The notes under the pieces were generated by a model that saw only the letters and a list, made by a program, of their open reading frames with translations, ran no database searches and had not been told where the DNA came from. A DNA stretch of 40,357 nucleotides from a virus (Duplodnaviria > Caudoviricetes): IMG/VR virus record IMGVR_UViG_3300048850_000166, positions 1 to 40,357 of that record. One strand, given 5' to 3'. Shown in pieces: positions 16,616 through 24,733 of this stretch. A program made the position numbers and the translations under genes. Numbering within the stretch: the first letter of the stretch is position 1; the number at the start of each line of letters is the position of its first letter.

Positions 16616-16948
16616 TTAGCGGATCACGCCGTCGAGCAGCACGGTTGCGCTGGTTTCGGTGCCGCTCTTGGGAGCAGCAGCCGCGCCGACCAGGACGTTG
16701 TTGGTCGCGGTCTTGGTGATACGCTTCGCGGTGTTGTCCCAGTACACCTTCTCGCCGGCGACGAGGGTGTCGGCCGTGACCGCGCCCAGGGCAAAGATGC
16801 CCTCGCGGACGATTTCGACGGAAGCGCCCTGCAACGCATCGGTCGCAGCGACGCCGAAGATTGCCCCTACCAGGGCGCCTTGGCCGCTGACGAGGTTTGC
16901 AGGCGCAGTAACGGTGATGACCGCGCCGGGCTGGATGAAGTTCTTCAT
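16616..16948 (-). CDS. DUF2190-family capsid-associated protein
   Basis: MKNFIQPG..ITVTAP, FGVA, G.KVYWD motifs; follows the capsid gene. Confidence 0.85.
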   Translation of the reverse strand: MKNFIQPGAVITVTAPANLVSGQGALVGAIFGVAATDALQGASVEIVREGIFALGAVTADTLVAGEKVYWDNTAKRITKTATNNVLVGAAAAPKSGTETSATVLLDGVIR

Positions 16949-16984
16949 GATGTGGTTTCCGTGATAAGTAGTGACCGAGCCGGC

Positions 16985-19054
16985 TTACTTGCCAGCGCCC
17001 TTGTACAGGCCGCGGTGGTCCACAGCCTTGGCTGCGAAGTCCAGGCGGCACTTCCAGGTAACGCCATCGACTTCGAAGCCGGCTTCGCTCTCGATGACCG
17101 GACCTTCAGCACCGTCCAGGTAGCAGTACTCGACGGTGTCGATCTGGCTGTTGCTGCTTGCCAGGTACCAGGCCGCGTCGTCAATCGAATCGAGGATCGG
17201 CTCGACGATCGGCTCGACCGCCGTGCGCCCGCCGGTGCGAAATTCATTCACGTCGCCCTGCTTGGCTGGCACATAGTTCGAGCTGGTCAGCTGGTAGGCG
17301 TCCTGCTCCAGCGATGCCGGCACGATCAGGAAGTTCGGCGCCAGGTTCAGCTCCTCATCCTGGAGGCCCTTCTGCAAGCGCATCGCGGTACGGCCAGCCT
17401 TCAGCGCCGCCAGTGACAGTGCAGAGCCTGCGCCCGAGCCGCTGTTCTTGTGGTCAGAATGGAACAGCGCCTTTCCGTCGCCCATCGGCGAGTTGCCGGT
17501 CAGCTGGCTGTACACCAGGCGGTTTTCCAGGCGGCTGGAGCTCGCGCCGAATGCAGTGACCAGGCGTTCGAAAGCGCGGAGGTCGTCATTGACGATGGCC
17601 TGGCGGGACAGCGACACCATGCGACCGAAGGTCACCAGTTTGTAGCTGTCGCCACCGTCCTGCATCGTGCCGTACTTGAATTCGCCATGCTCGTTGGTCT
17701 GGAGCAGGTTTGGTGCGGCCGACAGCTGAACGATGTTGATGTTCTTGAAGTCGGGTGCATTCGGGGCGCGGCGAGCCCACTGCGTATAGGTGCCGAGGTT
17801 TTCCTCGTAGCCCGCGCGCATGCGTTTGTTGGCGACGTTGGCGAACAGGTTGGCGAAGTCACTGGTGCCGTGCATGCCCGAGCGGAAGTGCAGGATCTGC
17901 TGCGCCAGGCGCATGCGATCCATGCCGCGCGTGTTGACGCCAGCCGATTCGAGGAACTCGCGGCCGATTTCCAGCAGGCCCATGCCACGGTACTGGCGAC
18001 CATTGTCGGTCAGCTTGGCGCCGGAGTAGACGCGGTGCATGATCGCTTCCTCCATGCCGGCCATGCGGGTCTCGTGCTCGCTGCCGACCACCTGGATACG
18101 AACATTCTGATGACCGCCGCGAGCGGCATCGTTGCGCGCCATCTCGTCCAGCACCGCGCTGCGAGCTTGGTCGAGCGAGTTGCCGCTGCGGATCAGGCCG
18201 GCAGCCAGGTTGCTCACGCCGTGGCGTGCGCACAGCTCGGTGATGTCGGCGGCGCGGGTAGCCGTTTCATTGGCTGCGCGCGTGGCAGCGTCTTCGGCTG
18301 CTGGGGGTGCAGCCGGCACTGGGGCCGGTGCTGCTGGTGCCGGATCAGCGCCACGGGTGGCAGGAGTAGGCGCAGGGTTCTGGGCGCCCGGCTGGGTAGC
18401 AATGGTCATGTTGTCTTCCTGGTTGGATGGAACGGATTGGGCGGGCGCCCGGGTGATGAATTCGCATGGGCTGCCATTGACCGGCGCGCTACGCGTGCTG
18501 GCCTCGGCGTCGGCCGGGACGGTGACAAAGCTGATTTCGAACGGCTGCCACCGTACGGCCCGGTAGAGGTCCATGTTCACGCCATCGGTGCGGTCGATTG
18601 CGCGGGTAATCTCGAAGGTCGTGATGTTGTATCCGAACGAGATCGAACGGATGACGCCGGCCTTGATATCGGCGACGATGCCAGCCATCTCTGGGCGCGT
18701 CGACAGCCGCAGCACGGCGCGGCCTTCGCCATTGGCGATAGTGCCGCTGATCGCGATACCGATAATCGACTGGACGCCACCGTGCATGCGGTGGTTGTCG
18801 ATGACCTGGACAGTACCGGCGTCGAAACGCGTCATGTCAACGGCTTCCGGCGTGACAGCCAATTCCTCCTCGTACGGTTTGTCGGTCCACCAGTCATAGC
18901 GTCGGACCCGCGAGCCGGTCGTCCACACTACTTCGATCGTGTTGTCGGCCTCGTTGTAGGTGGTCGGCACCAACTGCGCCTCGCGGGAGAGCGAGGGCAT
19001 GTTGCGCGGATCGGTTGCCGAGCGGGTTTGCGGGGTGGTGGTGGGCGTCGTCAT
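16985..19054 (-). CDS. Fused prohead protease / major capsid protein
   Basis: N-terminal protease (DNH, SISFGY, EISFVTVPAD), Pro/Ala linker, gpT-like capsid (TSDFANL, DFK, NDDL, DFAAKAVDHRG); ATG 19054. Confidence 0.92.
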   Translation of the reverse strand: MTTPTTTPQTRSATDPRNMPSLSREAQLVPTTYNEADNTIEVVWTTGSRVRRYDWWTDKPYEEELAVTPEAVDMTRFDAGTVQVIDNHRMHGGVQSIIGIAISGTIANGEGRAVLRLSTRPEMAGIVADIKAGVIRSISFGYNITTFEITRAIDRTDGVNMDLYRAVRWQPFEISFVTVPADAEASTRSAPVNGSPCEFITRAPAQSVPSNQEDNMTIATQPGAQNPAPTPATRGADPAPAAPAPVPAAPPAAEDAATRAANETATRAADITELCARHGVSNLAAGLIRSGNSLDQARSAVLDEMARNDAARGGHQNVRIQVVGSEHETRMAGMEEAIMHRVYSGAKLTDNGRQYRGMGLLEIGREFLESAGVNTRGMDRMRLAQQILHFRSGMHGTSDFANLFANVANKRMRAGYEENLGTYTQWARRAPNAPDFKNINIVQLSAAPNLLQTNEHGEFKYGTMQDGGDSYKLVTFGRMVSLSRQAIVNDDLRAFERLVTAFGASSSRLENRLVYSQLTGNSPMGDGKALFHSDHKNSGSGAGSALSLAALKAGRTAMRLQKGLQDEELNLAPNFLIVPASLEQDAYQLTSSNYVPAKQGDVNEFRTGGRTAVEPIVEPILDSIDDAAWYLASSNSQIDTVEYCYLDGAEGPVIESEAGFEVDGVTWKCRLDFAAKAVDHRGLYKGAGK

Positions 19055-19078
19055 GCAGCCCACTCTACGTATTGCACT

Positions 19079-19103
19079 GTCTCAATTCTCGGAAAACTGA
19101 GAC
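19079..19103 (-). promoter_or_regulatory. Late-promoter palindrome, copy 2 (capsid/tail operon)
   Basis: GTCTCAATTCTCGGAAAACTGAGAC; on the minus strand, 11 nt to TAGAGT, then 7 nt to the ATG. Confidence 0.85.
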
Positions 19104-19118
19104 AATTTTTCGGCAGCG

Positions 19119-19298
19119 CTACTTTTCGATCTTCGAAGCATAGTAGCGCCCACCTTCGAGGACCATGCTCTTCGCCGGGTAAGCTGGAGTGACTGGCGGG
19201 AGTGCACTCCGCGCGCTACTATCTTTCTGCGCCGCCGGGTCCGACGGAAGCCGCTTGACCTGTTCCCGCACGATCTCGTTGTCAGCAATGTTGATCAT
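19119..19298 (-). CDS. Small hypothetical protein (59 aa, MINIADNEIVREQ...), absent from ORF track
   Basis: Hand translation; ATG overlaps the upstream TGA (TGATG); fills the gap exactly. Confidence 0.6.
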   Translation of the reverse strand: MINIADNEIVREQVKRLPSDPAAQKDSSARSALPPVTPAYPAKSMVLEGGRYYASKIEK

Positions 19299-20713
19299 CA
19301 GGGATCTACCTCATTGAACCAAGTTGTTTTGTCGAAGCGCTCGCCGTTCGCGCAGGGCACTCGAGCGACCCAACGCCAGTCGTCGGGTAATTCGCCGTCA
19401 ACGCCGCCAAGCTTCACGACCACGAAGGTGCGTTCGATCCCTTCGATTGTGGCAACCTGGATTTCCGCTTCTTCCAGAACCTCAACGCCATAGGGAAGCG
19501 CGACAACCTCGCTCTGGACTGCGGTCGTATTCCGATCCCGCAGCTCCTCGCTGATATCGGCTGCGTAGTAGCTGATCTCGTCCCGGTCCCGGTCCACCTT
19601 CCACTTCTCACCATCCTTGATTGGCACTTTCACGTCCATCTCGTTGATCCTTATCCTCTTTCCACTTCCTTCGAAAACGACGACCCGGCTACCACTTCCT
19701 GCGAACACCACCACCCTGGTCCCACTACCTCCGAACACGACGATGCGAGAGAAATGCACCTTTGAAATATCCAACGCTTTCGCCGTCCTGGCGGTTGCTG
19801 CGAGGGCCGGGCCGGCAAGGGTCGACGACAGTTCGCACCTGGTTGCCACGCTGGCCGTCGCCGCAAGTTTGGCGCCGTCCAGCATTTTCGATAGCGCTCC
19901 TTCGATGCCGTCAGCAGCGGGCGGCTCGGCCTCGATGTAAGCGCTGGCTGCGAGCACGGCCGGCGACAGGGTCTTCGTCAAGCCAGCGGTCGATGAGAAC
20001 GTGGCCGCCGAAGCCAGTGTTGCCTGAGCGAGAACCCTGGAGAGGGCTGCCCTGACTCCCGTCTGAGCAGCGCTGCTGATTTCTGCCGCCTCCAGAGTCG
20101 CGCTCAGCGTCGCAGCGATCGAGGCTGCAATCTCCTCGACAGGCTCGATCGCGAAGTTGTCGATGCGGATCTGGTTTGCGGACGCGCTCGCCATCCGGAA
20201 GCCGGCATACCCGGCCGCGGTGATGTTGCCGTCCGTGATTGGGCCGATCACGACGACACCGTCCAGCAGGACAGTGAGCTGGTCGCCCTTCATGCGAAGG
20301 GTCAGCTTCGGCTCGGCCCCAGCGGGCGCACTGTAGGCAACCGACGAAAGCGTTACCGTCGCGCCATTGATGAACCGCGCCAGGACAATACCGGACCCAT
20401 TGTTGACGATACGGGCCTGATAGAACGTCAGGGCCGCGCCACCTGGTCCGGCCATCCGGCCGCAGACGCCGACAGATGGCGACCCGCTTCCAGTGGCGAA
20501 GTACAGTGATGCGCTTACATCGTAATCCGCAGTCGGGGGCTGTACGTCGTCACGGCAATAAACCGTGGTGTCGGTATTGCTCTGATAGACGCGGCCACCG
20601 AGTAGCATTGCTCTGCCCGCCTGGTTGGTCGACCTTACCCAGTTCGCAGAATATGATTCCAGGAACTGGCTGTCTGGACCATCGAACGCGTCGAGAAGGA
20701 ACGGGGTCGCCAT
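19298..20713 (-). CDS. Putative virion fibre/decoration protein (lectin-like beta-sandwich, Ala-rich repeats, C-terminal domain)
   Basis: N-terminal beta domain ending AGYAGFR...IDNF; L..TL..A.L.A.A repeats; three copies of RxVVFxGSG. Confidence 0.6.
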   Translation of the reverse strand: MATPFLLDAFDGPDSQFLESYSANWVRSTNQAGRAMLLGGRVYQSNTDTTVYCRDDVQPPTADYDVSASLYFATGSGSPSVGVCGRMAGPGGAALTFYQARIVNNGSGIVLARFINGATVTLSSVAYSAPAGAEPKLTLRMKGDQLTVLLDGVVVIGPITDGNITAAGYAGFRMASASANQIRIDNFAIEPVEEIAASIAATLSATLEAAEISSAAQTGVRAALSRVLAQATLASAATFSSTAGLTKTLSPAVLAASAYIEAEPPAADGIEGALSKMLDGAKLAATASVATRCELSSTLAGPALAATARTAKALDISKVHFSRIVVFGGSGTRVVVFAGSGSRVVVFEGSGKRIRINEMDVKVPIKDGEKWKVDRDRDEISYYAADISEELRDRNTTAVQSEVVALPYGVEVLEEAEIQVATIEGIERTFVVVKLGGVDGELPDDWRWVARVPCANGERFDKTTWFNEVDP

Positions 20714-20715
20714 GC

Positions 20716-21096
20716 TTACGGATGGTTGGAGCGCCAGGTGATGTTGTCGAGGATGTTGCCGAAGGTCGACGCGTTCACGAAGTCGACGCCAATCCCACGG
20801 CGGATAAGTGCATCGCGCATCCGCGCGACCGCGGCCGGGTCAATCTCGGCCACCAGGGTTTCGCGCGCCACGAATGGCAGCTCGTCGAGTCGCGGGTCGG
20901 CGGCCATTCCGACCAAAGCAGCGTCGCTTGCCATGGTGACCTCCACCAGACCCCAATTATTCAGCGGCATGCCGTTTGCATCCGACGGCATCGACCAGGA
21001 GAAGTCGGCCCGATATTCAGCCGGCACAGGGCGGAACTCGTCGACATCCGCCTGCCCGGTGCCCAGGATGTCTGTCAAGTAATAACGCTTCATCAC
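20716..21096 (-). CDS. Hypothetical protein
   Basis: 126 aa, coupled to the upstream gene and 2 nt from the downstream start. Confidence 0.7.
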   Translation of the reverse strand: MMKRYYLTDILGTGQADVDEFRPVPAEYRADFSWSMPSDANGMPLNNWGLVEVTMASDAALVGMAADPRLDELPFVARETLVAEIDPAAVARMRDALIRRGIGVDFVNASTFGNILDNITWRSNHP

Positions 21097-21512
21097 GCGT
21101 TGCCGTCGGTCAGCGTGAACGCGGTAACCGAGATCGCCTGGCCTTGTGCCAAGTTCAGGTTGTCGACCGTCATGTCGGCCGTGGCATCGCCGGTAGCGCC
21201 GACCTTGCCCTGGTGATGACAGGTGGTGCCCGTCGTGTCCATGATGGCGAAATGGCCGATGTTCGTGCCTGCGCCTGCCGCTGCGGCACCCGCGCCGGAC
21301 CAGCTGCCGGCGAACGCCTTGGAGCCGTTGGCGGCCTGGGCCATCCAGTCGGATGGCAGGGCCAGCTCGGCAAGCAGCGTGCCGGAGCGCGCTGCAGCGC
21401 AGCTGGCTGGCTGGCCTCCGCTGTAGAAGCGCAGCTTCGGCGATGCGCCAATGGTTTGCTCGATCGCGTCAAGACGGGCGTTTCGCACCGCCACGGAAAA
21501 TTGCTGCGCCAT
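21093..21512 (-). CDS. Putative virion structural protein
   Basis: 139 aa; RNARLDAI, YSG.QPA, G..I.VT.FTLT pattern seen in phage structural modules. Confidence 0.7.
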   Translation of the reverse strand: MAQQFSVAVRNARLDAIEQTIGASPKLRFYSGGQPASCAAARSGTLLAELALPSDWMAQAANGSKAFAGSWSGAGAAAAGAGTNIGHFAIMDTTGTTCHHQGKVGATGDATADMTVDNLNLAQGQAISVTAFTLTDGNA

Positions 21513-21565
21513 AGTTTTTCCTCGAAATTAAGTTTGGGCGTTGTCACGCGGGTATGCGGCCCGGG

Positions 21566-23047
21566 TCACGCAGGCTGGGCAGCAGCGTCATCCTTGCCTT
21601 TGTCGCCTGTCGGGAGATTCCCACGCTGCATGAACAGCACCACATCCAGGATCCCCATCTCGCGCAGCCGGTCGATATCGGCCTTCATCTCCGCGTGGAC
21701 GACTTCCGGGTCGTAGCCGCGCTGGCGGATCTTCTCGCTGATGCTGCACAGCCCGGCCGCGATCTCGGCCTGGTCGGCCTTCACTTCTTGTTCCGGATTG
21801 ACGTAGTCCCACTTGGGCGGGCTGAAGTCGACCGACTTGTCGGCCACCTTGATCAGGCGTGCCAGGTACGCATGCTCAATAAATGCGTCGTGGATCGGGA
21901 CCAGCAGCTTGGGGATGAGGGTCAGCCATTGCATCTGCCGGACCGAACGACGGAAGTCCAGGATGCGCACCCGCGCGCCGCTGAAATTGACTTGGTTCAG
22001 ATCACCCGTCATCAAATGGTACGGAACGCCGATGCCGGCGGCGATCAGGTGCAGGGCAAACTTGACGTACTCTACGTAGCCTGGCGCTGCCTTCGGCTCG
22101 ACGACAGTGAAGTTGAGCCCGCTCGGCATCCCGAAGATGTTGCCGCCGCCCAGCTCGCCAAGGTCACGTACGCCACCGCCCTGAACCTCGCCCGCGCCGC
22201 CCATCGACGCCGGATTCTCCATCGCATTCATGTCACCGCTTGCCAGGACCGACAAGCGGCTTTCCAGGTTCTTGCGCGCGATCTCGGCGTCCTCATACAG
22301 CTGCAGGTCGCGCACGCGGGCAATCACCGGGGCCAGGCGCGTGAAGCCCCGTCCCTGGCCGGGCCGAGCAGGGTTAAACAGATGGATGATCTGGTTTGCA
22401 GGAACGCGCTGGCTTTGCGCTCGGCCGCGAGCGACAGCGATATCGCCGGGATGCTGGTCCCACAGGTAGTACGCGGCGACGGCGCCCAGCATGTCGTACT
22501 CGATTCCGTTGACGATCTGGTTGCCATTGAGCGTGCCCGAGCGAGCGCTGTCGAGCCAGTCGATCTCAAGCAGCTGCAGCTGAAGCGGCACGGGCAGGCC
22601 ATCGGAGGCGCGGCGTGTGCGCTTGCGCACCAGCACCTCACCGTCCTGCTCCATGGCCCAGTATGCGGCCTTGATCAGGCCGAAGTAGTCGAAGCGGCCA
22701 TCGGCGTCGCACACCTTCCACCACTCCTTGAGTAGCTGGTTGATTCGCAACCGCTCTGGCCCCGTTGCGCGGGGGACGATTCCCTCGCCGACCGTGGCCG
22801 CGACCAGGCCGTCCAGGCCTGCCCAGATGTAGGGGACGTTCTGCACCAGGGCGCGCGCCTTCACGCGCAGCGTGCGGGCGTCAGCCTGGTGGTCTGCATT
22901 GGCGCTCGCTCCGGCGCGGCGTGGTCGCCAGGTGTCGCGCGGGCTGGCCGCCTCGTATGCGCGCTGCAGTTGGCGACGGGCGAAGTGCCGGGCGATGCCA
23001 GCATGCGGGTTCACGTAGCCAATGATGCGATCGATGATGTTGCGCAT
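21566..23047 (-). CDS. Portal protein, lambda family
   Basis: ATG 23047 overlapping the gpW stop; DGEVL, LQLQLLEIDWLD, NGIEYD, RPGQGRG, GDL.QVNFS.AR motifs. Confidence 0.95.
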   Translation of the reverse strand: MRNIIDRIIGYVNPHAGIARHFARRQLQRAYEAASPRDTWRPRRAGASANADHQADARTLRVKARALVQNVPYIWAGLDGLVAATVGEGIVPRATGPERLRINQLLKEWWKVCDADGRFDYFGLIKAAYWAMEQDGEVLVRKRTRRASDGLPVPLQLQLLEIDWLDSARSGTLNGNQIVNGIEYDMLGAVAAYYLWDQHPGDIAVARGRAQSQRVPANQIIHLFNPARPGQGRGFTRLAPVIARVRDLQLYEDAEIARKNLESRLSVLASGDMNAMENPASMGGAGEVQGGGVRDLGELGGGNIFGMPSGLNFTVVEPKAAPGYVEYVKFALHLIAAGIGVPYHLMTGDLNQVNFSGARVRILDFRRSVRQMQWLTLIPKLLVPIHDAFIEHAYLARLIKVADKSVDFSPPKWDYVNPEQEVKADQAEIAAGLCSISEKIRQRGYDPEVVHAEMKADIDRLREMGILDVVLFMQRGNLPTGDKGKDDAAAQPA

Positions 23048-23259
23048 CAGTCGCCCCTGCTGGTGGTGAAGCCGAACCGGAACACGCGCGGGCCGCGGTT
23101 TTGCAAACTGCCGTTGAGAACCTTCGCGGTATGATCGCGCGCCACGATCATCTGTGCGGTGTTCTGGTAGGTGATACTGCGGCCGTCGAACACCACCGAT
23201 AATGCGCCGGAGGCGATCGCAGCGTCCAGCGCGTCGAGGTCGTTTTGAGAGATAGCCAT
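23047..23259 (-). CDS. gpW-like head completion protein
   Basis: 70 aa, LDALDAAIASG.LSV.FDGRSITY; directly upstream of the portal. Confidence 0.85.
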   Translation of the reverse strand: MAISQNDLDALDAAIASGALSVVFDGRSITYQNTAQMIVARDHTAKVLNGSLQNRGPRVFRFGFTTSRGD

Positions 23260-23282
23260 GAGCCAACAGTAGCGGCATGGCT

Positions 23283-23307
23283 GTCTCATTTCTCGGAAAA
23301 CTGAGAC
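23283..23307 (-). promoter_or_regulatory. Late-promoter palindrome, copy 3 (gpW-portal operon)
   Basis: GTCTCATTTCTCGGAAAACTGAGAC; on the minus strand, 11 nt to TACTGT, then 6 nt to the ATG. Confidence 0.85.
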
Positions 23308-23333
23308 GATCTCCCACTATCTAACAGATATCC

Positions 23334-23361
23334 TTGACATTCTGATAAAAAATGCGAAAAT
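23334..23361 (+). promoter_or_regulatory. Putative promoter of the moron gene
   Basis: TTGACA-16 nt-GAAAAT with TGn extension. Confidence 0.45.
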
Positions 23362-23388
23362 CCGAAAATTACTTAATCAACGACTAAA

Positions 23389-24429
23389 ATGACTATTACA
23401 TACGTCGATCGCTCGGCTGAACAACGGCGCACCCGTCTACTTTACTCCCTCGTCACAATTATCTTTGGGATCGGAATATCCATTCTTGCAACATTGCAGG
23501 TCTATGAGTTGGGCCTGCATCCTACTATCAAGGCATTACTCCAAGTCGCTGGATTCTTGATACTAATGCTTCCCATATTCGTTTTAATGCAGGCGTATTT
23601 GGAGCCAACTCTAAAAAACAGAATTAGCAACCAGTCTAAACTTCGACAAAATGCTTTAAACGACGAAATAAACCAACTGCGCTCCGAAACCCAACTAGCA
23701 TTACATGAAATAAAAGAGAATATAGAAGCGCTTCACAATAAATTCGATCACAATCCCACAGCCGAGCTCATACCAGACGAGCTGAGAAATGATCTAGCTT
23801 CGGAAATACGGGCTCAAATTGAAAGAAGAGGTAGCGATGCAATACTGGACGAGATCGAATCCCGAGCGTCAGATCGGGCATTTCAGGCCCTGAGCAAAGA
23901 AGTTGATTTCTCTCAATTAACGCTCGCTCGTGAGCGAATCGAAACTGAAATATTTGATTTGGGTAGGCGTGGCAATCTGAACCTTATGCTCGGCGGCATA
24001 ACTTCGCTTGTCGGTTTGATTATCCTGGGCATCAGCGTATATTTCCAAACCACCGGAAAAGATGAAACCTTAACTCTATTGAATTATTTTCTGCCGCGAG
24101 CAGGACTGGCGCTAATGATACAGATATTCGCCTATTTCTTCCTAAGCCTATATCGCAACAGCCTCCAGGAAATCAAGTATTTTCAGAATGAAGTAACCAA
24201 TATCGAGGCGAAATACGCAGCCCTCGGAGCTGCCATGCGAACCAAGGACAACGAAATAATTAAAACTGTACTTACATCGTTTTCCACTACCGAAAGAAAC
24301 CATATACTCTTAAAAAACCAAACAACAGTCGAGCTTGAAAAGGCAAAGGCTGAGCAGGGAAATAACGCTGCGACGCTAAAAATTCTAACTGAATTTGTTT
24401 CAGGAAAAATAGGCAGCAACGAAAAGTGA
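23389..24429 (+). CDS. Moron: AT-rich membrane protein (2 TM, coiled coil, 2 TM, tail)
   Basis: Four hydrophobic segments and a central coiled coil; opposite strand to its flanks; low GC. Confidence 0.85.
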   Translation: MTITYVDRSAEQRRTRLLYSLVTIIFGIGISILATLQVYELGLHPTIKALLQVAGFLILMLPIFVLMQAYLEPTLKNRISNQSKLRQNALNDEINQLRSETQLALHEIKENIEALHNKFDHNPTAELIPDELRNDLASEIRAQIERRGSDAILDEIESRASDRAFQALSKEVDFSQLTLARERIETEIFDLGRRGNLNLMLGGITSLVGLIILGISVYFQTTGKDETLTLLNYFLPRAGLALMIQIFAYFFLSLYRNSLQEIKYFQNEVTNIEAKYAALGAAMRTKDNEIIKTVLTSFSTTERNHILLKNQTTVELEKAKAEQGNNAATLKILTEFVSGKIGSNEK

Positions 24430-24442
24430 AACCGCTGATAAC

Positions 24443-24733
24443 TCAACGATTTCCGTCTGTCTTTATAATTCTGTAGACTGACGCTCTACTGATCTTCAAG
24501 CGTCGAGCAACTTCAGTCGCGTTCCGCCCGTTGAATAGCCGCATTACTTCCAGCATAATCCGGTCGCGTTCCGCTTTCGGGCGACGTGGGATGTAAGTCT
24601 CAATACCCGCGAATTCCCGCCGCGTCATTTGCTTAAGCTCGGCTGCACGCTCTTTCATCTCCGGAAACTCGATTGCGATGAAAGCAAAAATCGAATCGAT
24701 CAGGTCGGGATCAGCGAGCAGCTCCGTAGTCAC
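24443..24733 (-). CDS. Mor/C-family late transcription activator
   Basis: FAG.ETYIP, FNGRN..EVARRLKIS...VYRII HTH; GTG start overlapping the terL stop. Confidence 0.85.
   Translation of the reverse strand: MTTELLADPDLIDSIFAFIAIEFPEMKERAAELKQMTRREFAGIETYIPRRPKAERDRIMLEVMRLFNGRNATEVARRLKISRASVYRIIKTDGNR

Noticed and set aside
15882-17051. 389-aa ORF as one protein
   Set aside because: The N-terminal part overlaps the DUF2190 and head-tail genes out of frame; the real gene starts at 16313
19104-19298. GCGCTACT/AGTAGCGC inverted repeats as an ncRNA, and the 68-aa ORF 19082..19288
   Set aside because: The region is better explained by a coupled 59-aa ORF (19119..19298)
21566-23317. 583-aa portal start
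   Set aside because: The extension runs through gpW and the late promoter; the coupled ATG at 23047 fits better
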